A DNA stretch of 64,000 nucleotides from a virus, in IMG/VR virus record IMGVR_UViG_3300030012_002710, positions 3,718 to 67,717 of that record; one strand, written 5' to 3'. A model generated the notes under the pieces. It was not told where the DNA came from, did no database searches, and saw nothing but the letters and a program-made list of their open reading frames with translations. Below are positions 7,996 to 15,375 of this stretch, one piece after another. A program made the position numbers and the translations under genes. The first letter of the stretch is position 1, and every line of letters begins with the position of its first letter.

Positions 7996-8626
7996 TTTTA
8001 ATAACGCTAATCAAGCTTTTAGGTATTTTTATAAAAAAATAAAAATAGATGGTATACCTTATGGTGATACAAAAGCTTTATTTAATGTTGGGTTTTATTT
8101 ACAAAACCCTTTAGATATGGAAATAACCCATCCTGACAGAAAGTGGAACAAAGAATATGCTCAAGCTGAATGGGAGTGGTATTTAACAGAAGATCCACAT
8201 ATTACACAATTAGGTGAAATATATGGTTCTATACCTCCAATATGGGAAAAAATGCAGGACTCAGAAGGTAAATGTAGATCAAACTATGGTCATCAATGGA
8301 GTAGAAATTATCAATTAGATCACGTTGTGGGTATGTTAAAAGAAATTAAAGATACTAGACAAGCTGCAATAAGTATTTATGATGGTAAAGAAATAAGTAC
8401 TTATCGCAAAGATACACCATGTACTTATGCTATACAGTTTAGTATAGTTAAAAATGTATTAAATATGGCTGTTCTGATGCGATCTAATGATCTCTGGTAC
8501 GGCTTTTGCAATGATCAGTATTGTTTTGCACAATTACAAAAATTAGTTGCAGACAGACTGTCTATTGATGTTGGAAATTATTATCATTTTGCACATAATT
8601 TACATTTATATAATAATAAAATTTAA
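7976..8626 (+). CDS. thymidylate synthase family enzyme, dCMP hydroxymethylase/methylase-like
   Basis: AEWEWY, SNYG, PCT (catalytic Cys), MRSNDLWYGFCND, HNLHLY; likely start at ATG 7976. Confidence 0.85.
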   Translation: MINVKNNFNNANQAFRYFYKKIKIDGIPYGDTKALFNVGFYLQNPLDMEITHPDRKWNKEYAQAEWEWYLTEDPHITQLGEIYGSIPPIWEKMQDSEGKCRSNYGHQWSRNYQLDHVVGMLKEIKDTRQAAISIYDGKEISTYRKDTPCTYAIQFSIVKNVLNMAVLMRSNDLWYGFCNDQYCFAQLQKLVADRLSIDVGNYYHFAHNLHLYNNKI

Positions 8627-8636
8627 AAAAAATAAT

Positions 8637-9401
8637 ATGTATTATTTATACCACATACCTGGTAAAAAAATAGGTGTTACCCGTAATCTTAATACAAGAG
8701 TTACCCTTATACAAGGATATAAAAAAGGTGAATATGAAGTACTTGAATCTAGTAATGATATAGATTATATATCTGATAAAGAAATTGAGTATCAAAAAGC
8801 TTTTGGCTATAAAGTTGATAGACAAAAGTATAATAAATTAATAAAATCAAATAAAATGAACGTAAATATTACAGAACAAACAACTACATTTCCTTGCTCA
8901 TTAGAAGATTTACCTAATGAATTAGAACAAGTTGTAGATAGTTTTAAGTGGACGACTTCGCATGGAGAATTTGCTGTTACTAATAAAACAATTAAATGGA
9001 TAATAGCTAATGCTAAAACGTCAATGTATAATAACAATAGAAGTTATATATATAATAAAGCTTATTATGAAGCTTTTTTAAATGAATTACATACACCACA
9101 AAATGGTAATAAGTTTGATCAAATAAGAGCTTGGGCCCAATCAAGAGGTTTATATGATAAAGGGAATACTGAAACACAATATGTAAAATTAATGGAAGAA
9201 GCAGGTGAATTAGCTAAAGCTTTGCTTACAGAAAATCAACCTGAAATTGTAGATGCAATAGGCGATATGGTTGTTGTATTAACTAATCTTGCACATATGA
9301 GACACATTACTATTGAAACTTGTATTAATGAAGCTTTTAGACAGATTGAAAACAGAAAAGGTAAAATGATTAACGGTACATTTGTTAAAGATGAGAATTA
9401 A
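8637..9401 (+). CDS. fusion: GIY-YIG-like N-terminal domain + MazG-like NTP pyrophosphohydrolase
   Basis: YYLYHIPGKKIGVT..L..R at the N-terminus; KLMEEAGELA...DAIGDMVVVL...RKGKM..GTFVK at the C-terminus; likely start at ATG 8637. Confidence 0.85.
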   Translation: MYYLYHIPGKKIGVTRNLNTRVTLIQGYKKGEYEVLESSNDIDYISDKEIEYQKAFGYKVDRQKYNKLIKSNKMNVNITEQTTTFPCSLEDLPNELEQVVDSFKWTTSHGEFAVTNKTIKWIIANAKTSMYNNNRSYIYNKAYYEAFLNELHTPQNGNKFDQIRAWAQSRGLYDKGNTETQYVKLMEEAGELAKALLTENQPEIVDAIGDMVVVLTNLAHMRHITIETCINEAFRQIENRKGKMINGTFVKDEN

Positions 9402-9642
9402 AACAGAAGATAAAATAGTTCAAGCTGTTTTAAGAAAGATGGATGAGCGTAGTCTTGTTGGCCAGAAAAAGTATGGTGCTACCATGATGCAAGAAATTAA
9501 AAACCAAGATAAAGATCTTAATAGGTTTTTAGTAGATGTGCAAGAAGAATTAATGGATGCAATATTGTATATTGAAGCAGCTAAACGATGTTTAAAAGAT
9601 CAAGTAGAAGATGCTGTATTGAAACACGTTTATGAAAAATAA
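9391..9642 (+). CDS. small all-alpha NTP-pyrophosphatase-like protein
   Basis: RS.VG.KKYG.TM and QEELMDAILY motifs. Confidence 0.6.
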   Translation: MRIKTEDKIVQAVLRKMDERSLVGQKKYGATMMQEIKNQDKDLNRFLVDVQEELMDAILYIEAAKRCLKDQVEDAVLKHVYEK

Positions 9643-10081
9643 ATATAAACGTAAAAAAGGTCCTGTACAGTCTAAAAAAATAAGTTATGATGGAATTAAA
9701 TTTTCATCTGGACTGGAAAGGTATATGTATATAGCATTAAAAAAATCTAAAATACCCGCTGTATATGAAGGCCAAACTTATGAAATATTTTCTGGATTTG
9801 ATTTTCCCAATTTTTCTTATGAAAGATGTGGTAATGGAAAAGGAGAGTATAAAAATAGAGGTAATAAAAAAATACTTAATATTAAATATACACCTGATTT
9901 TATAGGCAAAGGTTTTATAATAGAAACTAAAGGTAGAGCTAATGAAAGTTTTCCTTTACGTTGGAAAATGTTTAAAAGATATGTAGTAAACCATTTACCT
10001 GGTGTTACTTTATATAAACCACAAAATCAAAAAGAATGCGACGCAACGGTAAAATTGATATTAGAAAGCAAAAACAATTAG
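9632..10081 (+). CDS. T7 endonuclease I-like Holliday junction resolvase
   Basis: F.SGLE, YE, YTPDF...IIETKG motifs. Confidence 0.85.
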   Translation: MKNKYKRKKGPVQSKKISYDGIKFSSGLERYMYIALKKSKIPAVYEGQTYEIFSGFDFPNFSYERCGNGKGEYKNRGNKKILNIKYTPDFIGKGFIIETKGRANESFPLRWKMFKRYVVNHLPGVTLYKPQNQKECDATVKLILESKNN

Positions 10082-10209
10082 CAAGACAAAAATATGCTGA
10101 GCGTCAAATAGATAAGTGGGTTAAATGGAGGATGCAAGCTAAAGGTTATATACTTTATAAAGATTTAGTAGAAATGCAAAACAATTTTAATATAAAATGT
10201 TATGATTAA
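10036..10209 (+). CDS. hypothetical protein (57 aa)
   Basis: Hand-translated MRRNGKIDIRKQKQLARQKYAERQIDKWVKW...CYD*; fills the gap. Confidence 0.6.
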   Translation: MRRNGKIDIRKQKQLARQKYAERQIDKWVKWRMQAKGYILYKDLVEMQNNFNIKCYD

Positions 10210-10351
10210 TTTTAATAAAAGTTGGGAATTAAGTGTAGGGTTTTATCCAGGTGTATTATTTGGTATAAGATCTTATACAGAAAAAGAATATATACAACAT
10301 GTACTATATCTACCTTTTGTAGATATTTGTTTAGAAATAGATAAAGATTAA
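10202..10351 (+). CDS. hypothetical protein (49 aa)
   Basis: Hand-translated MINFNKSWELSVGFYPGVLFGIRSY...HVLYLPFVDICLEIDKD*; ends just before nrdB. Confidence 0.7.
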   Translation: MINFNKSWELSVGFYPGVLFGIRSYTEKEYIQHVLYLPFVDICLEIDKD

Positions 10352-10352
10352 T

Positions 10353-11321
10353 ATGGGATTATTTGACAAAAGAATACCTTATAAACCTTTTGAATATCCA
10401 GAATATTATACAGAAGGTTGGCTTAAACAAGCACAAGCTTTTTGGTTACACACAGAAATACCTATGTCTAGTGATGTAAAAGATTGGAATGAAAAGCTTA
10501 CACCAAGTGAGAAAAACTTAGTTGGTAATATATTACTTGGATTTGCACAAACAGAATGTGCCGTGTCAGATTACTGGACACAAAAAGTAGTAGGATGGTT
10601 TCCTAAACATGAGATACAGCAAATGGCTATGATGTTTGGATCACAAGAAACTATACACGCTGTTGCTTATTCATATTTAAATGAAACTCTTGGTCTTGAA
10701 AATTTTGAAGCGTTTTTACAAGACGAAGCAACAATGGAACGCTTTGATAATTTAGTTAGTTATGATGGAAATAAACCCACAGGAATTGCAAGAAGCATTG
10801 CTATATTTAGCGCCTTTGCTGAAGGTGTTAGCCTTTATTCTGCCTTTGCTGTTTTATATAGTTTTCAGCTCAGAAATCTGTTAAAAGGTATTGGACAGCA
10901 GATGAAATGGAGTGTGCGTGATGAGTCACTGCACAGTAAGATGGGTTGTGCTTTGTTCCGTCATATGTGTGAAGAAGATAAAACATTATTAAATAATTGT
11001 AAAAAAGATATATTAGATGCAGCAAAAACAATGCTTAAAGCAGAAGAAAAATATATTGACAAAATGTTCGAGCAAGGAGATATTGAAAACCTTAAAGCTT
11101 ACAACCTCAAACAATTTATTAGAAAACGTCTCAACGAAAAAATTGTTGAACTCGGTTACAAAGACGAGCGGGACTACTTTAAATTTGACAAAAAAGGAGC
11201 AGAAGATCTTGACTGGTTCTATCATCTTACCGGGGGCCACACTCATACTGATTTTTTTGCTGTGCGTCCGACTGATTATTCAAAAGCTAACGAAGGTGAA
11301 GACTTTGAAGACATGTGGTAA
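10353..11321 (+). CDS. nrdB: ribonucleotide reductase class I beta subunit
   Basis: ETIH.VAY, FAEGVSLYSAF, RDESLH di-iron ligands; DFF C-terminus. Confidence 0.95.
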   Translation: MGLFDKRIPYKPFEYPEYYTEGWLKQAQAFWLHTEIPMSSDVKDWNEKLTPSEKNLVGNILLGFAQTECAVSDYWTQKVVGWFPKHEIQQMAMMFGSQETIHAVAYSYLNETLGLENFEAFLQDEATMERFDNLVSYDGNKPTGIARSIAIFSAFAEGVSLYSAFAVLYSFQLRNLLKGIGQQMKWSVRDESLHSKMGCALFRHMCEEDKTLLNNCKKDILDAAKTMLKAEEKYIDKMFEQGDIENLKAYNLKQFIRKRLNEKIVELGYKDERDYFKFDKKGAEDLDWFYHLTGGHTHTDFFAVRPTDYSKANEGEDFEDMW

Positions 11322-11328
11322 TGATTAA
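11017..11328 (+). CDS. candidate +1-frame overprinted protein inside nrdB
   Basis: 103 stop-free codons; TM-like IILPGATLILIFLLCVRLII; GC-rich nrdB codons in the same span. Confidence 0.45.
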   Translation: MQQKQCLKQKKNILTKCSSKEILKTLKLTTSNNLLENVSTKKLLNSVTKTSGTTLNLTKKEQKILTGSIILPGATLILIFLLCVRLIIQKLTKVKTLKTCGND

Positions 11329-11584
11329 GAAAAGATTTTTAAGATATTTAGTTAAAAACAGAAGGCTTTCACCTAAAGAAAGACTAGCAAATAGACTTGG
11401 ATATTTAGGTACAGGATTTATAATGATAAGTCCTTATTTATTACCGTATGGAAACATAGGTGCTATAACATATATTATAGGTGGCATTGTATGTACTCCA
11501 CAGGTGTGGGTTGCTAAGCAATGGAATTTAGTTTTTATTAATTTTAATGTAATCATAGGTTACGCAATATATTTATTTAAATGA
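11321..11584 (+). CDS. small membrane protein (about 3 TM, PQ motif)
   Basis: TAATG coupling with nrdB; hydrophobic helices; CTPQVW. Confidence 0.7.
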   Translation: MIKKRFLRYLVKNRRLSPKERLANRLGYLGTGFIMISPYLLPYGNIGAITYIIGGIVCTPQVWVAKQWNLVFINFNVIIGYAIYLFK

Positions 11585-11817
11585 AAGAAAGTACAATATT
11601 AGGAAAATTTAAAAAAGTAGAAAAACAAATGTTAGCAATAACAAATGTTATTAAACGTTTAATTCAAGATATAGGATCAGTAGAATCTATAGCTAATGGT
11701 ACATTAAGTGCTTTAAAAATATCAATGACTGAAAAAGAGTGGGATGCTATAGTTGAAGAATTAAAACAAAAACACCAAGAAGAAAATAAACAAACAGATA
11801 AAAAGTTAGAACTATAA
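11581..11817 (+). CDS. hypothetical coiled-coil protein
   Basis: 78-aa ORF abutting both neighbours. Confidence 0.7.
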   Translation: MKESTILGKFKKVEKQMLAITNVIKRLIQDIGSVESIANGTLSALKISMTEKEWDAIVEELKQKHQEENKQTDKKLEL

Positions 11818-13535
11818 TGTGGAATAACGAATGGGAAAAAGGTGTTGATTATCCTTCATGGGGTAACAATGATATATATAAACAAACTATATCTGGTGGT
11901 TATTTATTTAATGGTGAATCACCCCGTGATGCTTACATGCGAGTTGCTAAAACAGTAGCAAAACGTTTATACAAACCAGAACTTGCAGATAAGTTTTTTA
12001 ATTATATATGGAATGGTTGGCTGTGCTTAGCTTCACCTGTGCTATCTAATACTGGTACAGATAGAGGTCTACCAATAAGTTGTTTTGGAATAGACGTAGC
12101 CGATAGTATAAACGATATAGGTAAGAAAAACCTAGAAATGATGTTACTTGCAAAACACGGTGGGGGTGTAGGTATCGGAGTTAATATGATTCGTCCTGCC
12201 GGAGCTAAAATTACAGGTAATGGAACTTCAGACGGCGTTGTCCCTTTTTGCAAAATATACGACTCAACTATACTCGCGACAAACCAAGGCGCCGTTAGAA
12301 GAGGAGCTGCAAGCGTTAATATCAATATTGAACACAACGATTTTCTCGACTGGCTTGAAATTAGAGAACCTAAAGGAGATGTCAATAGACAATCTCTTAA
12401 CTTGCACCAGTGTGCTGTCGTTGGTGATAAGTTTATGCGAAAACTTGAAGCAGGAGATGCAGAAGCTAGAAAAAAGTGGTCAAGACTTATACAAAAACGT
12501 AAAGCCACTGGAGAACCGTATATCTTATTTAAAGGAAATACAAACAAAGCTAATCCAGCAGCATATAAGAAAAATAGTTTAAAAGTACATATGACAAACA
12601 TATGTAGTGAAATAGTATTACAAACAGATGAATCACATAGCTTTGTGTGTTGTTTATCTAGTTTAAATTTAGCAAAATATGAAGAGTGGAAAAACACTAA
12701 TATTATACATGATGCTATATGGTTCCTTGATGGGGTACTTGAAGAGTTTATACAGAAAGCTAAAGGTAAAATTGGGTTTGAAAACTCAGTAAGATCTGCT
12801 GAAAAAGGTAGGGCTTTAGGTCTTGGTGTATTAGGTTGGCATACATATCTTCAAGAAAAAGGTTTACCTTTTGAAGGATTATTAGCTCAATATGAAACAA
12901 GAAAAATATTTAGTCAAATAAAAATAGAATCTGAAAGAGCATCAATGGCTTTAGCTGAAGTTTATGGTGAGCCATTATGGTGTGTTGGTACAGGTATGCG
13001 TAACACTCATTTAAGAGCAATTGCACCAACAGTTTCTAATAGTAAACTAGCAGGTAATATATCACCTGGTATTGAACCATGGGCTGCAAATGTATTTACA
13101 GAGCAGTCTGCTAAAGGTACATTTATAAGAAAAAATCCTACATTAATTAAATTATTAAGAAAATATAAATTAAATACTAATGAAATATGGGATAAAATAT
13201 TAGAAGATGGTGGATCAATACAAGATATAAAAGAACTTGACAATATAGTTTTCGCTAATGATATACCTGTAAAAGAAGTATTTAAAACATTTAAAGAAAT
13301 AAATCAACTAGAATTAGTTGCACAAGCTGGTTTAAGACAACAATATATAGATCAATCAGTATCTCTTAATCTTGCGTTTCCATCAGAAGCAACACCTAAA
13401 TGGATTAATAAAGTACATTTAGAAGCTTGGAAACAAGGTATTAAAACTTTATATTATATGAGAACTGAATCTGTGTTACGTGGAGATATAGCTGCTAAAG
13501 CTATGGATGATTCTTGTGTAGCTTGTGATGGATAA
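11817..13535 (+). CDS. nrdA: ribonucleotide reductase class I alpha subunit (short, no ATP cone)
   Basis: SPVLSN, SCF, GGGVG, TNICSEI, APTVSNS, DQSVSLN, KTLYY, C-terminal CVACDG. Confidence 0.95.
   Translation: MWNNEWEKGVDYPSWGNNDIYKQTISGGYLFNGESPRDAYMRVAKTVAKRLYKPELADKFFNYIWNGWLCLASPVLSNTGTDRGLPISCFGIDVADSINDIGKKNLEMMLLAKHGGGVGIGVNMIRPAGAKITGNGTSDGVVPFCKIYDSTILATNQGAVRRGAASVNINIEHNDFLDWLEIREPKGDVNRQSLNLHQCAVVGDKFMRKLEAGDAEARKKWSRLIQKRKATGEPYILFKGNTNKANPAAYKKNSLKVHMTNICSEIVLQTDESHSFVCCLSSLNLAKYEEWKNTNIIHDAIWFLDGVLEEFIQKAKGKIGFENSVRSAEKGRALGLGVLGWHTYLQEKGLPFEGLLAQYETRKIFSQIKIESERASMALAEVYGEPLWCVGTGMRNTHLRAIAPTVSNSKLAGNISPGIEPWAANVFTEQSAKGTFIRKNPTLIKLLRKYKLNTNEIWDKILEDGGSIQDIKELDNIVFANDIPVKEVFKTFKEINQLELVAQAGLRQQYIDQSVSLNLAFPSEATPKWINKVHLEAWKQGIKTLYYMRTESVLRGDIAAKAMDDSCVACDG
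12220..12582 (+). CDS. candidate +1-frame overprinted helical protein inside nrdA
   Basis: 120 stop-free codons with a concurrent GC/codon shift in nrdA; coiled-coil-like sequence. Confidence 0.55.
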   Translation: MELQTALSLFAKYTTQLYSRQTKAPLEEELQALISILNTTIFSTGLKLENLKEMSIDNLLTCTSVLSLVISLCENLKQEMQKLEKSGQDLYKNVKPLENRISYLKEIQTKLIQQHIRKIV

Positions 13536-13540
13536 AATAA

Positions 13541-13567
13541 AAAGGGAGACCTTAACGATCTCCCTTT
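13541..13567. terminator. bidirectional intrinsic terminator between convergent blocks
   Basis: AAAGGGAGA-cCTTAACGa-TCTCCCTTT hairpin with A/T tracts on both sides. Confidence 0.8.
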
Positions 13568-13610
13568 ATACAGGAACTTTGGGGTGTGGAAGCCCATTTT
13601 ATCGTGTTCC

Positions 13611-13964
13611 TTAATATGTCCATATTACATCTGGTGATTTAGAAGGATCAGAATCTACATGAATAAAAGTATTACCTACTCCTATACGATTAAATCCTAC
13701 GTCTAATAAACAATTAATTAGATCATATCTATCCCTTGAATTATTACAATGCAAATCAGCTGCATAGCCTGTTAAGTGAGATGAATTAGGTTTACCACCT
13801 ACTTTAGCATTATGAGCTGATGTGCGCATACCACTGTTTATTTTAATAGGTTTATCAAATTTAGATCTTGCTAAATCTAATTTTTCTAGAAAATCTACAT
13901 TCATTAACCTACCACTACCTACCTCATCAGGTGAATCAAACTCAGTTATAGTAAAATATCTCAT
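13611..13964 (-). CDS. endolysin, peptidase M15 family
   Basis: INSGMRT..HN..VGG..NSSH..G.AAD...FIHVD; likely start at 13964 (ATGA overlap). Confidence 0.9.
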   Translation of the reverse strand: MRYFTITEFDSPDEVGSGRLMNVDFLEKLDLARSKFDKPIKINSGMRTSAHNAKVGGKPNSSHLTGYAADLHCNNSRDRYDLINCLLDVGFNRIGVGNTFIHVDSDPSKSPDVIWTY

Positions 13965-14401
13965 TTTTCCCCACATTTTTTACTTGGATCATTAACTTGT
14001 CTCCAGTCTTCTTTTTCAAACCAGTCTCTTAATGTAGCACCTTTTTTTCTAGCACCTTTAACATTAGTGCTTGAAGATCTTTTATATTTACCTGCTGCAC
14101 CAGATTTTTGTTTAGCATTAACAAGTTTTTGTCTTTCTTCTTTACTCATACTTTTTATTTTAGAAGCAGGTAAACAAGTTTTTCTAGTACCACCACCTTT
14201 TTGTTTTTTAGCAGGGCCAGATCCTTTTTTTCTACAACTACCTTTAGAAAATTCAGAAGTACCAGGTACTCTTTCATAACCCGCCCAACACTCAAGTGGT
14301 GATGGTGGTTGAATAAAGCCTAATTTTTTAGGGCCTTTTTCTCCTTCTTCATTGCGTTTAGCCCAAACAGCTTTTCGCTGTGCTGCACTTACAAATCCCA
14401 T
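13961..14401 (-). CDS. basic modular virion-associated hypothetical protein
   Basis: 146 aa; short modules FVSAAQRKAVWA, CWAGYERVPG...KGSC, CLPASK, LRDWF.KEDW. Confidence 0.75.
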   Translation of the reverse strand: MGFVSAAQRKAVWAKRNEEGEKGPKKLGFIQPPSPLECWAGYERVPGTSEFSKGSCRKKGSGPAKKQKGGGTRKTCLPASKIKSMSKEERQKLVNAKQKSGAAGKYKRSSSTNVKGARKKGATLRDWFEKEDWRQVNDPSKKCGEK

Positions 14402-14523
14402 TATTTTTTCTTTTTAGGGTTTAATGATTTTAACATTCTATCTATTCTTACAGCTTGGCTTTTATGCATAGCTGAAGCTTTTTTTAATTCAGCAGATATT
14501 TGTTTTAACTTTTTTGGATCCAT
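14401..14523 (-). CDS. small basic protein (40 aa)
   Basis: Hand-translated MDPKKLKQISAELKKASAMHKSQAVRIDRMLKSLNPKKKK*; TAATG coupling at both ends. Confidence 0.7.
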   Translation of the reverse strand: MDPKKLKQISAELKKASAMHKSQAVRIDRMLKSLNPKKKK

Positions 14524-14666
14524 TAGTCTTTCTTTTTAGATTTACCCATATTACGAGGCCCACCTGCTTTAGTACATCTAACACCCCAACCAGAAGCGTA
14601 TGCACTAGGCCATACTTTAAATTTCTTTTTTGCTGCAGCTTTACACGCTGGACTTATTTTTCCCAT
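14523..14666 (-). CDS. small basic protein (47 aa, K.KFKVWPSAYASG motif)
   Basis: Hand-translated MGKISPACKAAAKKKFKVWPSAYASGWGVRCTKAGGPRNMGKSKKKD*. Confidence 0.75.
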   Translation of the reverse strand: MGKISPACKAAAKKKFKVWPSAYASGWGVRCTKAGGPRNMGKSKKKD

Positions 14667-14668
14667 AA

Positions 14669-14947
14669 TTATTTTTCTTTATTTGAATTACAAAAGTTTC
14701 TTGCAGCTTCAACACTGCCAAATCCCCATTTTTTTAGAGCTCTTGCTTTTCTAGTAGGTTTACCTTTAGCATCTTTCATTGCACCAGCCATACCTGCAAA
14801 TCTACAAGCAAAAGAAACTCTTCTTTTATTTTTACCACTGGTTAATCTTTTACCAAGTGTTTTACCTGTTTGACTCTTATGTTCGCTACGCATTTTTCTA
14901 TTTGATTTTTCATACGCGGCATCTGTTAGTTTTAATGGACTTTTCAT
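14669..14947 (-). CDS. small basic protein (RRxSFxCR motif)
   Basis: RRVSFACRFAGM.G.MKD.KG.PTRKA.ALKKW; likely start at ATG 14947. Confidence 0.75.
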   Translation of the reverse strand: MKSPLKLTDAAYEKSNRKMRSEHKSQTGKTLGKRLTSGKNKRRVSFACRFAGMAGAMKDAKGKPTRKARALKKWGFGSVEAARNFCNSNKEK

Positions 14948-14948
14948 A

Positions 14949-15374
14949 TTATTCGCCTTCACATTTTACTTCTTTACATTTGTTTTCACCACAAGTACAT
15001 TTTTTTTCTTTATTATATACTGTATCAAAAGCATTTGCACCAAGAAGTGTTAATTGATCTATTATATTAGTTTGAACTGTAATTAACATTTTTTCTAGTT
15101 CGTCTTTTTGTTGTACTAAATGTTCTACTTTTGATGTTAATCCTTCATTTGCTTTTTTTAGTTCATTAACTTCATCAGGATTTCTACCAATAACAGTCAT
15201 TATTACAACTGATAAGCTACCTACTATCATACCTATTATAGATACAATAACGTCTTTATTTACGCTAGGTATTTCATTATAAGATAAGAATATTAGTATA
15301 CCTACTACAAGCATAAATATACCTATTGCACCAACGTAATGTCTAATTTCTTTTGCTACTCCGTTTTTTACCAT
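14949..15374 (-). CDS. 2-TM membrane protein with coiled coil (possible holin or other lysis protein)
   Basis: Two N-terminal hydrophobic helices followed by a coiled coil; near the endolysin. Confidence 0.65.
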   Translation of the reverse strand: MVKNGVAKEIRHYVGAIGIFMLVVGILIFLSYNEIPSVNKDVIVSIIGMIVGSLSVVIMTVIGRNPDEVNELKKANEGLTSKVEHLVQQKDELEKMLITVQTNIIDQLTLLGANAFDTVYNKEKKCTCGENKCKEVKCEGE

Positions 15375-15375
15375 C

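Noticed and set aside
12002-12697. 231-aa antisense ORF in nrdA, and similar in-register antisense ORFs in scaffold, GroEL, capsid and fibre genes
   Set aside because: Codon-aligned antisense frames stay open when TTA/CTA/TCA codons are scarce. In nrdA this is a by-product of the same codon shift; the products look like typical antisense translations.
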